Source of the DNA: Phoronis australis
Taxonomy: Eukaryota > Animalia > Phoronida
DNA length: 64,000 bases
Direction of reading: 5' to 3'
Assembly (NCBI GenBank): GCA_002633005.1
Contig: NMRA01000088.1
Span: 804,535-868,534, forward strand
This document shows, one piece after another, positions 1 to 12,500 of the stretch. Each line of letters begins with the position of its first letter. Position 1 is the stretch's first letter. Below the pieces are notes generated by a model. The model did no database searches. It saw nothing but the letters and a program-made list of their open reading frames with translations, and was not told the DNA's origin. The position numbers and the translations under genes are program-made.

Positions 1-425
1 ATTAATGTTCAACTAGCTACAGGCATTGGCCGAATCATCAAAAGTTGTGATTAACAAGCTAGTTTTTTTTTACAGCAGCACTATGTTTTTTGCCTACGGT
101 GTTTGAAATTCTGAACTTGTGCTTGAAGAATGGGTGACCAAACTCATCTGTATGGTGTGATTAAACTTGTCAAAGTTCTTTCTTACAAAATTCTGTGTTT
201 TAAAATTTTTTTTTCTATTTGTTAAGCACACTAGTTCAGATTATTTCCTGCAGAAATGGCATGCCAAAGGCTTTCACTTACGAAACCAGTTTTGAGTGGT
301 AAGAGTTCCTGGAAGGGGGATGGCGACAGTTACGTGAAAATTCGGATAGCTGTGTGAACCTTTAAAGTTGTCAGACTTTTCCTTGGATATCTCTGTGTTG
401 TGATTGGCTTATTGTGTGTTTGCAG

Positions 426-530
426 GAAAAGGCAGAGGAAGAAGCGAAAGATGAGTCGAGACCTGGCCGTCGACTTCGTGGGATGAGGGACAAGCCTCTT
501 TTAGCGACGCGGTTTGATGACGCATCATTG
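426..530 (+). CDS. CC2D2A: CC2D2A exon ([16 protein letters not shown]...FDDASL), phase 0-0
   Basis: ttgcag| acceptor and |gtaagt donor, 105 nt open frame; poorly conserved N-terminal region, assigned by position and phase. Confidence 0.65.
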
Positions 531-3500
531 GTAAGTAAACGTTACGCCTTCTGAATGGAACAAACACTTCGTCGCGATATTGGCTTAGCACAGAAATTGC
601 CACTGCCTTGTGAGATGCTACAAAATATATCATGAAATCTCACGAGTTTGGTGCAATAGTAAGTATCAGAATTACCATTTCTTCATTTTTCGTCTGCATT
701 GTTAATGAATGCCCACAATTGTCTGATGGTACGGTAATTCCCCACTTGTTTCGCACAAAATAAACATATTTTCCCGCCAATCGGGGTGTGCCAAATAAAC
801 TGAATATAAAAATTTTGTAGCTGTTGGATGTGCAAGATTAATAGTCAGTGTCACCAACTGCAGTGTTTGAATTTAGCCAACTGCCCGTGATTGAATTTAA
901 TGAAATGCTGCCCACGGGTTGGCAAAGGCACCAGTTAAAAGTAATTAAGTTCTTTTATCTTGTTCAGCACATTCGAGCACATGACTGAGTGACACAACGC
1001 TCATCTAGGCGTGTCACTCACAGGCATGCTCAAAACGGTCGTTCACTAATGACAGGAAGGAGTTTTGTATTAGAACAGGAAAAGTAACTTAATTAATGTT
1101 AATTGGATCCCATTCACACAGCCAGTTCGCGATGCTTGGTTTCTCAGTTAATTTTGGAATTGTTCCAAGTGATTATTGGACTAACAAAGGTGACAGTATT
1201 TGAGTGACACGTCTAATAAGCATCGCAATACTGAAGCTGTTGCAGCTTTCTTTCCAATTTAGGACAATTATTGCCGAGTTGATCGTTTTCATTTTTCAAA
1301 AACTCGTCAATGCCCGCAACTTCTCATATTATTGTTTGATGATAGCTGTGTCTTAGAACTCCAAAACGACAAGGTATTTAGTGCCACTTATTTTCCATGA
1401 AAAAATTAGAAAAAAAAATTGTCCACCATAGCGTGTCCTAAATTTGTGAGAGTTTACTGTAGTTTCTATTCGTTCAATAGCTGACCAAAGAGGAACAGGA
1501 GTCTGAGGCGGCGTTGGATAGGTCAATGAATATGAGAAGCAAGTGGCGGAAAGCTGCGGACAGGGTTAGTCCGACAAAGGTAGGTTAATTATGTGTTTGA
1601 CGACACGTTGTGGTGTGGTGTGGAGTTGAAAATGAAACCGTTGTTACGGATTACTTGTATGATGTTTGCAATGTTGCTTGTGACGGTGTTTAGGGCGTAA
1701 GTGTGCAGGCCATAAACGTTTTCTCTGGCGTTAAACAATTAAAGTTTTATAGGAACCTAGAAAAATGTCCGCATTTGGATGTTTTTGGAACGTCATATCT
1801 TGGAAATGGTTCATCAGTACTCTAATAAGCTGTTAGGAATTGGTTTTAAAATGTTCCACTTTTTCATGAGCTCTAACAAAAGTTGCACAAAATTAAAAAG
1901 AAATAATTAAAAAAATTCATCTTGGACATTTGTATCAAATAAAGTTTGGTCATGTTGTCGATACTGTTGTTCACCTTTCATTTTTTGGTAAATTTTAATG
2001 AGAAGGCTGTTAATGACAACAAAATTAGCCAGGAAAACCCAAGAGTGTATTATACTATTTTAAGAATATTCTGAAAACTTATTTTGTGAGACAGTAATGA
2101 GTCATGGCGTAATCGTCATGACAATAAAACAAACTTCTTCCGCAAGTTCAGCCACTTGACCGAAATCAGGAATACCAGAATAAATGATCATAAATTCAGT
2201 TTATTTCAAAAGTGGTCTTGTGCCAACTAAAGCGCTTTCCGTCGTAAATACTTGCCAGTCGCAGAAGATAATGCATTTCATCAAACTCACTATTGCCTCT
2301 TGACCAAACTTGATCATCGGTAGCTGTATAATTTACAGCCCGTTTATGTTTTAGTGCATCTCTTGCAGTGCATATACAAGTGTCAAAACACTGGCTAGCA
2401 TCAACTGCCAGCTTTATGGCCAGCAGGAATTTACAGTTCATAGTTTTTTGAAATAGATCACCCCTAATTAGAGGCACGCTGGTCATTTTACAACGGGTTA
2501 TTTGTTGAATGGCGTGTGATATTTAGCATTAGTATGACTGAAGCACTGCGCTGTGCCATAAATAGTCGGTGTGCTACTGCTTGTATTACATGATGATATT
2601 AGGAAGCCCATTCGTTTGACTCATTCCTCCTGGTGTGTGTGGCTTGCATTCCTTCACTACGTTTACAACTTTCCTGTGGGTTGTTGTGTTGCCTCCAGTC
2701 AGCTGAGGAACGTGATTGCCACTGACAGTTTTAGTGCAGTGGTACGCACGCGCAAATTGGAACAAAAATAATCACCCGAATTCAAAATTGTCATTTTTCC
2801 TTTTGTCAAAAGCTGATTACATTATTGCTTTCATTGAAGATTTCCCTCTTCCCCCATATTGTGATCTACATTTAAAAAAAAAAAAATAACCGACATGTAT
2901 TATACGCACTCATAGTGTTTAAACTTGACTGTGTTTTTGTGACAGACGGAATGTTTGCAGTAACGGCTGCAAAGTTCAAAGTATATACACGTCTCTTGGG
3001 GTGCGGGGGGAGGGGGGNTCCCTGATTATACATAGCATTCAACCAGATAAAAACTGCGTTAGAGATGACACATTTTCCAGTCTTGAAGCGACCGTGGGCA
3101 TGCGATTTTGTTGATGAATTTGAATAGTTTCAGAACGGTGAATCCATAAGTGAATAAAAATTACCGTGGTAACCTTTACTTTAAGATGCTATGTCTCATT
3201 AAATTGTAAATATGCAAATGAAGTACTAGCTTACAAACAGTCCAGGTCTTCCGGCGTGCCGGAAACCATCCGAGAACCAGTTACCATTGCAATCTTGCAA
3301 GAGTCTCATTTTGCGAGACTATTTTTATGTAAATGAGTATAGTAATATGTCATTGTTACCCTAATAAAACGAGGCGCATTTTTGTTATTTGTTCATTTCA
3401 CTATCAAATAACAATTTTGTAATATTTGGAATTACTTGGGTTTTCTGTATGTGCACACTTGTTTTTAAGTGTATCAGTTGTGTTTTTTCTAAAACCGCAC

Positions 3501-6500
3501 TTTAGTTACAAATTGTTTCTTTTCCTGATTCCACTTGCACACGCATTTCTCCAAGAAATCACAAGGTGGCGTTCGCTACAAATTTAAATATTCACAGTTT
3601 AATGAGACATAGCATCTTTAAGTCATTCAACCACTGCACGGCACTCAAGCATTAAGTTTATGTGGGACCCTAAGAAGTTGTCCAAATTCGACCAACTGTG
3701 GAACGCCAGTGATGGGTCATCGGCTTCATATAAAAGTCTCAGTTACTGTGTTTCATGCAATGTTCTTCATAATGCTGTTAGGAATTGTTCTTTAAGCTGT
3801 TTTTGTTAGAGGGAGAATAAAAGATTGGACTTGTATGATTTTTACAAAAAACTCGAAAGCTGTTTAAAACAAAAACCAAATGTTGCTTTAGAAAACTGCA
3901 ACAGTGCTTTTGAGATTTCATCTTGAACTTTAAAATTTGGCCATGTTGTTTGTACTGTGGTTTTGAAATCGATGTACCTTCCTTTTTCCCGAAATTTGGC
4001 TAAGAATACGTGGTCACATAACCCAACAATTAATGGTCGATTGATAAAAAATCAGATATCACAGTCTACAGGATTTCTACTTTCAGAAAATGTCATACTT
4101 TGACTGACTTATATTCATGGCTTTGTCAATATTTGGCTAAGTATACATTCTTGTGGATAAGATCCTATCATAACCGTAAACCTCTTCTCTGACACTGTTA
4201 AAGATATACCACCTCCCCTAAAAATGCATTTTGCATCTTCCGTCTACGTTTGCTATTAGGATAATCATTCTGTCTGAATTTTGCATTTACAGTAATGTAC
4301 TCTGACATAATTTATAATATCTATCAGTCAGTCAATCAATAATCATTTATTTCGCTTCATTTTAAAATATTTTTTCAAAGGGGAATAGAGCCGATATTCA
4401 TCCCCAAAATCGAGGCTTCGCATGTCGAAGGTCCTGTTAGTATTATTTGGTTATCTTTTATTCTATTTTATTTTATAACATTTCAATCTCTTAATTAATC
4501 ATCCAATAGGTCTCTCCAGATCCAACAGTTTTTCAGTTATGAGAGCTTATACCAGTCTAAACAAAACATGCACCAGACATCTGACCCTGCTCGCAGCCCA
4601 GGTTGTTGATGTCTTGTTAGCAGTTCAATGTCCTGCCTCATGCCTGATATTAGCCAAATGTACCTACCTTGCCAGCAGGCAACCTCAGCAGTGGCACTAT
4701 CACTGAGTTCGTAGTACTAGTTATGACCTTCTCCACCACCTGGCGAAGGAGTCTCTGCTCCTGACGTCCAATGAGCCGGCAGGAGACCCCCAGACGGAGC
4801 GACCCACTCTGGTTGACAGGGGTCAAGCAGCTGGTGCTTGTCTGAATCCCCCACCTTTCCCTGTTTCATCAGTTTTAACTGTCGTCCCTGTGTCCCTGTA
4901 CTGGAGTCTGTCTGTCGGGGAGGATTTTAGCTAGAAACACATGTCCCACTTATTCTATGAATTTCTCAATGCAAGTCTGCTATACAAAATCTCTTAACTT
5001 GTCTGCGATGTAATCAGCTGGTGCTGCTATTTATCGGTGGCTGTTTTTTGCAAGTGGTGTGTTTCTGTGGTATTTTATTGTACATCTTTCCTAGTCACTT
5101 ATCTCAATTCGTGGAAAGTCGGTCGGCGTTAGGAAATCAATGCTAAGTGTCCATGGGGGCATGGGGGGGGCATGCATCATCTGGAACATTGGGAGAGGCA
5201 ATATACCAGGATGTGGGTTCTGGAATTTATTGAAGTTAGGAAAATGCCCAGATTTGGCAAATTTGATGACGTCATATCTCATAAATGGTTGCTAGGATTC
5301 ATTATGAAACTTAGTTATTATATTTTATGCACTGTTCTACAAACGGCTGTTAGGAATTGGTTTTAAAATGTTTTACTTTTGCATAAGGGGCTATCAGAAA
5401 TACGACATATGATTTTCATAAAAAGATCAAAAGTTGCATAAAGACAAAATGAAGTGATTATTTAGAAAGCAGTAACAGTGTTTTTGACATTTCATCTTGA
5501 ACATTTATACAGGGATGGAAATTGTTTATGTTATTTATACTGTTGTGGCATTGGTGTAAATTGTAACCATGGAATTCTACGAGTTTTCTTTCTATGTAAA
5601 GTTACAATTTATATTTTTGTGGGTATTTAGCTAAATACATAGACTATATAACCGTGGAGCAAATTGTGTCGATTCCTGCTCCAGTTCTTTCAAAAATAAA
5701 CCTTCACCTGTTGCACTGCTTGTCAATCACCTTTGTTTCTGTAATAAACACCATAGGTCAGTCGTGGTACAGAATCCTTGCGTGGGGTGGGTACGTAACA
5801 ACTTCTCACAATGTTGAAAGGCATTAGATACATTTAAAAAGCTTATCAAGTTGTCCGTTATCAGTTATACACATCAGATTAAGAAGTTAGATAATAGAAA
5901 GGTGATTACAATTATAATAGATTTCAAAATTTTCTTTCCTCATGATTCTATATATTTATTATGGTGTAATTAAAAAGATAATGATTCTCATCTTCAATAA
6001 CGTTGGGATAGCAAGCCCAGTCTCACTGGTTTCAAACTCTTAATAACCTTGACACAGAGTGTTATTTGTGTTTCGATTCTATCATTAGCTAAAGCTACTA
6101 CTATATGATTAACAGGTAGTAAAATGTCACGGAATCCTTGTTTCTTCCATTTTGACTGGATGTGAATTGTTTGGAGGTAAAACTAGAGAATATTCTACGA
6201 GTTTTCACGGTTTAGGTTTTCTCCAAAAAACTTTTGAGGTGATTTGTTTGCCACTATTTCAGTCGTTTCTGCGGACGCAGATTAAATTTACCACAATTGC
6301 TGGGGAATGGAAGGACATGTTGCTATGGGAATTTTTTTGTAACCAGGACAAAGATGATGATTGGTTTTTGACATGTAACATACAATAAATTGGTTGATAA
6401 TATGAATTTTGATTGTCTTAATCACCAAGCTTTGGTCCAGCCAAGCTTAAAACTGAATGTAGATAAAAACTGTACAGGTAAGAATTTATCCAAGAAATTT

Positions 6501-9500
6501 TGCCAAGTTGTGATTGAAGATTGAGCTAGTGAAATTAACATACGCTTGTTTTCCGCCTTCTGCTATTTGTTTTCAACCTTCCAAGAACATGCAGAGCTTA
6601 ATCACATCAGGAATTGAAAACCACTTGTGCAAATTTGCTAACATTGAAGCCTGGAGAATTAAATTAATCTGTAGGGCCTTGATAATTAGATAAACCATGT
6701 GTAATTTATTATGCATGACTTAGAGCAGNTCGTCCCTGTACTGGAGTCTGTCTGTCGGGGAGGACTTTAGCTAGAAACACATGTCCCACTTATTCTATGA
6801 ATTTCTCAATGCAAGTCTGCTATACAAAATCTCTTAACTTGTCTGCGATGTAATCAGCTGGTGCTGCTATTTATCGGTGGCTGTTTTTTGCAAGTGGTAT
6901 GTTTCTGTGGTATTTTATTGTACATCTTTCCTAGTCACTTATCTCAATTCGTGGAAAGTCGGTCGGCGTTGGGAAAACAATGCTAAGTGTCCATGGGGGC
7001 ATGGGGGGCATGCATCATCTGGAACATTGGGAGAGGCAATATACCAGGATGTGGGTTCTGGAATTTATTGAAGTTAGGTAGAGCCCTGGAAAATGCCCAG
7101 ATTTGGCAAATTTGATGACGTCATATCTCAGAAATGGTTGCTAGGATTCATTATGAAACTTAGTTATTATAGTTTATGCACTGTTCTACAAACGGCTGTT
7201 AGGAATTGGTTTTAAAATGTTTTACTTTTGCATAAGGGGCTATCAGAAATACGACATATGATTTTCATAAAAAGCTCAAAAGTTGCATTAAGACAAAATG
7301 AAGTGATTATTTAGAAAGCAGTAACAGTGTTTTTGACATTTCATCTTGAACATTTATACAGGGATGGAAATTGTTTATGTTATTTATACTGTTGTGAGCT
7401 GGTTAATAGCACATTGGTGTAAATTGTAACCATGGAATTCTACGGGTTTTCTTTCTATGTAAAGTTACAATTTATATTTTTGTGGGTATTTAGCTAAACA
7501 CATAGACTAGTGGCAAATTGTGTCGATTCCTGCACCAGTTCTTTCAAAAATAAACCTTCACCTGTTGCACTGCTTGTCAATCACCTTTGTTTCTGTAATA
7601 AACACCATAGGTCAGTCGTGGTACAGAATCCTTGCGTGGGGTGGGTACGTAACAACTTCTCACAAAGTTGAAAGGCGTTAGATACATTTAAAAAGCTTAT
7701 CAAGTTGTCAGTTATCGGTTATACACATCAGATTAAGAAGTTAGATAATAGAAAGGTGATTACAATTATAATAGATTTCAAAATTTTCTTTCCTCATGGT
7801 TCTGCATATTTATTATGGTGCAATTAAAAAGATAATGATTCTCATCTTCAATAACGTTGGGATAGTAAGCCCAGTCTCACTGGTTTCAAACTCTTAATAA
7901 CCTTGGCAGAGTGTTATTTGTGTTTCTATTCTATCATTAGCTAAAGCTACTACTTTGTATATGATTAACAGGTAGTAAAATGTTACGGAATCTTTGTTTC
8001 TTCCATTTTGACTAGATGTGAATTTTTTGGAATTAAAACTAGAGAATATTCTACAAGTTTTCACGGTTTAGATTTTCTCCAAAAAACTTTTGAGGTGATT
8101 TGATTGCCACTATTTCAGTCGTTTCTGTGGACGCAGATTAAATTTACCACAATTTCTGGGGAATGGAAGGACATGTTGCTTTGGGAATTTTTTTTTGTAC
8201 CCAGGACAGAGATGATGATTGGTTTTTGGACAAGTAACACACAATAAATTGGTTGATAAGATGAATTTTGATTGTCTTAATCATCAAACTCTGGTCCAGC
8301 CAAGCTTAAAACTGAATGTAGATAAAAACTGTACAGGTAAGAATTTATTTAAGAAATTTTTCCAAGTTGTGATTGAAGATTGAGCTAGTGAAATTAACAT
8401 ACGCTTGTTTTCCGCCTTCTGCTATTTGTTTTCCACCTTCCAAGAACATGCAGAGCTTAATCACATCAGGAATTGAAAACCACTTGTGCAAATTTGCTAA
8501 CATTGAAGCCTGGAGAATTAAATTAATCTGTAGGGCCTTGATAATTAGATAAACCATGTGTAATTTATTATGCATGACTTAGAGCAGCCATTACAATGGG
8601 ACCATCTCTGGCTACAAGAGGGTATGTGTCGTTAGCTACTGGAACGGGCTAAACTTCTAACTTGTGTTTGTAATAGTTGTTATGCACTTCATTCAGGGTA
8701 CATATTAAGGTTATGTCGGATGTTACCGACAAGACGGTACATTTAGCCAAATATCTGCAAAACTGTAGATTTTAACTCAGAAATAGTATATATTTTCTGA
8801 AAGTAGAAATTGCATAGAATTTGAGTTTTGATTTTATAACTGTCCGCCATTAATTAAGTCATGTGACCATTCTTCTTTGGTAAAATTTATTTTTTCCGTT
8901 GTATATGTATTCAGCGTTTTTTGACAGATATTTTTGAATTTGTGGTTTAGGTTTCTAATAAGTACACTGCCCCGCTTTTGGATTTGACACAAACTATTAC
9001 ACCGTGTGTCCATTTTTTATCATTTTCTATCAGCCAAACTGATTCCAATAATTGACGTATGTGTTCCTACTGAGAAGAGAACGGCTGATGATGATTTTTG
9101 GACGAGTTCAATTACTGTAGCGCCCCCTAGTGGCAATTTAATTTGTTTACCTTTTTGATAATTGTGTTACGGGCTCTCATGAAATTTGGCGAATAAGTTA
9201 ATATCACGGAGACAACGGCGCCTGCGCTGTTTCAGACTGATTTGATTTACACTGCTCTCTAGTGGCCTTTTTATTATTTTTGTGTCTGTTTTTTTGGTCC
9301 TCCTTACGTCTGCCAAACAGCTTGTAGATTCATGACGAAAGGTGACAGGTGTGTTCCTGTTGAGGAGAACATAACTGACTTGTTTTGTGCCTACCTAGAG
9401 GCTATTTTAGTTACTAGCTCCCTCTAGTGGGAATGTTTAAAATGATGATCATCCCTTGTATCTGTGTTTGTGCGATGGTCATGTTGGATCAATGTTCTAC

Positions 9501-12500
9501 ATTGTTATTGAAGGACCTTATCGACAAGTCTCTACGTTTTGCCAGATATCGATAAAACTGTTTGACTTAGCAAAAGTATATATTTCCTGAGAGTAGAAAT
9601 TGTGTAGAATTTGATTTTTGACGTTATACCAGTCTGTCATTATTTAGGTCACATGACCTTGCTTTTTAGGAAAATTTAGCAAAAAAAGAAAAGCACGTTC
9701 ATAGCAAAACAACAAGATCAGTAACATGGCCAAATTTTGTGTGATATAAATTTTGGAGGTAAAATCTCACAAACGCTGTTACACTTTTCTATATTATGAG
9801 TTCATGCAACTTTAAGAATTTTAAAATTTCATGAAACTCAAATGATTACTGTTCTTTCTAGCCTTCAGGCAAAAGCAGAACGTTCCAGAAACAATTACTA
9901 ACAACGTTTTTGAGAGCGGTGTTTAAAATATAGTATCTATAAGTTTCATTTGAACGCGATCAGCCATTTCTGAGATACTATGTTCTGAAGTTGGCCAAAA
10001 TTGAACTTTTTTCTAGGGTACTACATAACCTTAAATATCTTTACTCCTATGTGACAAAAATGCACAAAAACTCGGCCTACATGCACATGACTGTGTTTTT
10101 TTCAAAATGTGCGCATTAGCAAGAATGTATTGCAAAATTTTAATTACGAATGAATGGTACTGACTCTTACTGCCATCTGGCTGTACCAGGAAGTACTTCA
10201 TGTTCTTGTTCTTGGCAGCTGGTGGCGTAGGGGAATCCCTTTGACTTTGTGAAATGGCCCGTTTATAGCCTTTGTGATTAGACTGTGATGTGTTAAACAA
10301 AATTGAAATTGCCTTCTCCTTATAGAGATCATGTTGTGTTCGGAGTAAGTGAAGAATCAAAGCTATGATGGGCGGTGCCCCTAATAAATCTTCGTGGGCT
10401 ATAAAATGATCAACAGTTGTTCCATTTCTGTAGCCATGTGTTTAAAAGACCAAAGGCGTGTCAGACTGGATTTATAGTGTCTGGGGGTGGGAAGTCTTTG
10501 GAAAAATATGCATTATTGGTATTATTGTTTCTCACAAGTTTCCCATCACTCCAACGTCTTCATTTTTGTGAGGTCCATTACTTCCTTAAACCGGTGTTTT
10601 CTGAGGGTTTTATTAGCTGAATAATTTAATTTGAAGATTAAATGTAGTTATTCCCCTCGTTTAAGTTGTCGAGCGTTCTTCACAACCCGGGCATTCTTAT
10701 GTTACTCATGGCCTACGGTAATACTCATAATACAATGTTGAAGCAAAATTAATGAGGTGCTTAGTTGTGGGGTTAAGAGCTAGGCTGGTATGAAAGTTTT
10801 AAAGGAAATCTGTGACCCATGCTCAGTATGCTCTATCCTTGGAACAATAGGAAATGATGTCAACGGCCCAACAAAGGGCCAGCATCTTGGTTCTGCATTC
10901 ATTCTCATTGAGCAAACGTGAATGACCTGCACCGACTGTTCAATAAGGAGTAGGACATTATGTTTCCTCACTGGAATTGAATGCAGAACCAAGATGGATA
11001 CCATTTGTTGGGCCGATGACATCACATCCTGTTGTTCCATGGATAGCAAATACGTGCCATAATTAAATTCGTATTTCCAAGATAACAAGTTATGTGTATT
11101 TTAACTAACATAACATCAAAAACGGTTACTTTCCTCTGTAAAGGTTATTCAATGGATTGTTTAAATTTTTTGAATTACGAAAGAGTCACAAAACGTCGTT
11201 TAGCCTTTACTGCCCGTTGCGCTTTGTGCACTGTTATGTCTGGTGGATTTTGTTTCGAGAATTTTCGGGTTTTCTGACTCACAGTTGACACGTATTTGTA
11301 ACTTAAATTCTGTTTCTCTAACGTGTCTTGAAAGACGCTAAAGTTGTGAACTGTATTTGTGAAAGAAGACTACAGTAATATAAAACTTATCTATCTATCT
11401 AATTAGTTTTAATATTTTGTCAGATTTTTTTACAAAAATTGTACTCAAAGGTTTTCTGGAATTCTCTTGACATATGACACAAACATAGGAACTGAATATT
11501 ACCCTGAAAATTCACGTTTTGACTACAAGTTGTACTGACTAACCAGATAATAAATGTCAAAAAAATAATTGTTTTGGTTTGTACCATTTAGCTAAACTAA
11601 CAGATTATGAACGATGCGAATTTCTGAGAATTTGTATGTCATGGATTTCCTGGGATAGCTAAATTTTTATATTATTTCTTCTCAGTTGTTAATTTCAACA
11701 CGATTTCCCGATATACACTTTAGCCACCATTGTCCCAATGGTCATTTCAAATATTTTTACCTGTTTTCATCTTTTGTTGTGGCAGTGTCTTAAGTTGGGA
11801 TTAGACTCACTGGTCAAACTTGATTATGTTGTTTTTCTGATATATTTGAATATTCATGAAGTTGATATTGTCATCCACAGTCAGCAAATTTATTTTTCAA
11901 GTGAATGTGTCTTTTCTCGCAGTTTTTAGAGCCTTTGTTACTGCTGATACCGTGACTGGCATGTCAGGGTCACGTGACATTTTGTGACTGATCTGTTGAG
12001 TTTGGAAGGAACGAATTGGACTCACCAGTTATTTTAAGGCTTTTATCTCGTGCTAAGCTAATCGTAATTTTGCTTGCTGCGTGATTCATTACATTTTATT
12101 TCGCTTTATAGAGTCTGCTCCCAACCCGGGAGGAAGCTTTTGACTTCTTTACGAGAAACTGGGACCCGGAAGTGGAAGAGGACATACGGGTGAGGTCTGT
12201 ACCCCCACCCCCTGCACCAGTCGCAGCCCCTGTACAGGAAGGCGAGGGGGAAGAAGGGGAACCTCAGCCGGGAACCAGTGATGCCCAAGACAGCCAACAG
12301 GAGGCACAGGTACATAACATAAAATGAGTGAAAAATGTAATCGGTTGTTGCCTGAGTTTTTGGAACATTCAGTTCGCTCTTGTGTGTCGTATTGCAAAAC
12401 TTGGAGATTCAGCTTTGTCTGGTTTCATTTGCCTAATAGTTAATTCCAAGATAATTAAGCGCTTTACTGAAATATCTGTCATAGATACTGTCCAGTGATT

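Noticed and set aside
4676-4835. GC-richer, coding-looking stretch ([28 protein letters not shown]...) as an extra CC2D2A exon
   Set aside because: The nearby acceptors lead to stops or the wrong phase and there is no convincing donor; unsupported without RNA data.
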